DNA from: Camelus dromedarius
Taxonomy: Eukaryota
Direction of reading: 5' to 3'
NCBI RefSeq assembly: GCF_036321535.1
Contig: NC_087437.1
Location: 109,618,001-109,682,000, forward strand
Length of the DNA: 64,000 nt
Below the pieces are notes generated by a model that saw only the letters and a list, made by a program, of their open reading frames with translations, searched no databases and was not told where the DNA came from. Positions 63,706-64,000 of the stretch are shown piece after piece (position 1 is the stretch's first letter; every line of letters starts with the position of its first letter). The position numbers and the translations under genes were made by a program.

Positions 63706-64000
63706 GGCAGTGTCACGATCTCAACAAGATCGTTACACAAAGCAGATGCAATTTTTAGATTTTGTTTATTAGATATTAGGTTATTTTATTTTATTCTATT
63801 TTAGGCCATTGTCTTGGTTGATAGTCATTGGACAGTGGCTTTCTAAAACAATTGTCTTAATTATTACCATTGGTAGTTCTCGAATAATCAGCTATTATTT
63901 CAATACAGATGATTATTTTTCCAAATAGAGACAATTAGTGAAAGATCAAAATCACCCATGCCTGAGTGAGTCAGAAATAACTGCAATCTGATAGATGCTT

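Overview
This is mammalian genomic DNA, AT-rich and dominated by transposable elements. Two tRNA-derived Vic-1-type SINEs, with no CHR, Bov, PRE1, Can or ERE SINEs seen, point to a camelid (inference). I recognise no host protein-coding gene, RNA gene or CRISPR array: every convincing ORF is LINE-1, ERV or transposase derived, or comes from low-complexity sequence. The main landmarks are: a young 5'-truncated 5.2 kb L1 with a perfect 10-bp target-site duplication (TSD) beside a GC-box/G-quadruplex patch; a near full-length Arthur1-like hAT fossil with both ends and an 8-bp TSD; a second, much more decayed hAT transposase fossil; an LTR33-ERVL proviral fossil; two back-to-back solo LTRs; a SINE+L1 composite; and a 434-bp pure purine tract. 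The most unusual item is a young 168-bp polyadenylated retrocopy that looks like an LTR R region mobilised by L1. Repeat family names come from recalled consensus sequences, not a database search. Boundaries of old elements are approximate.
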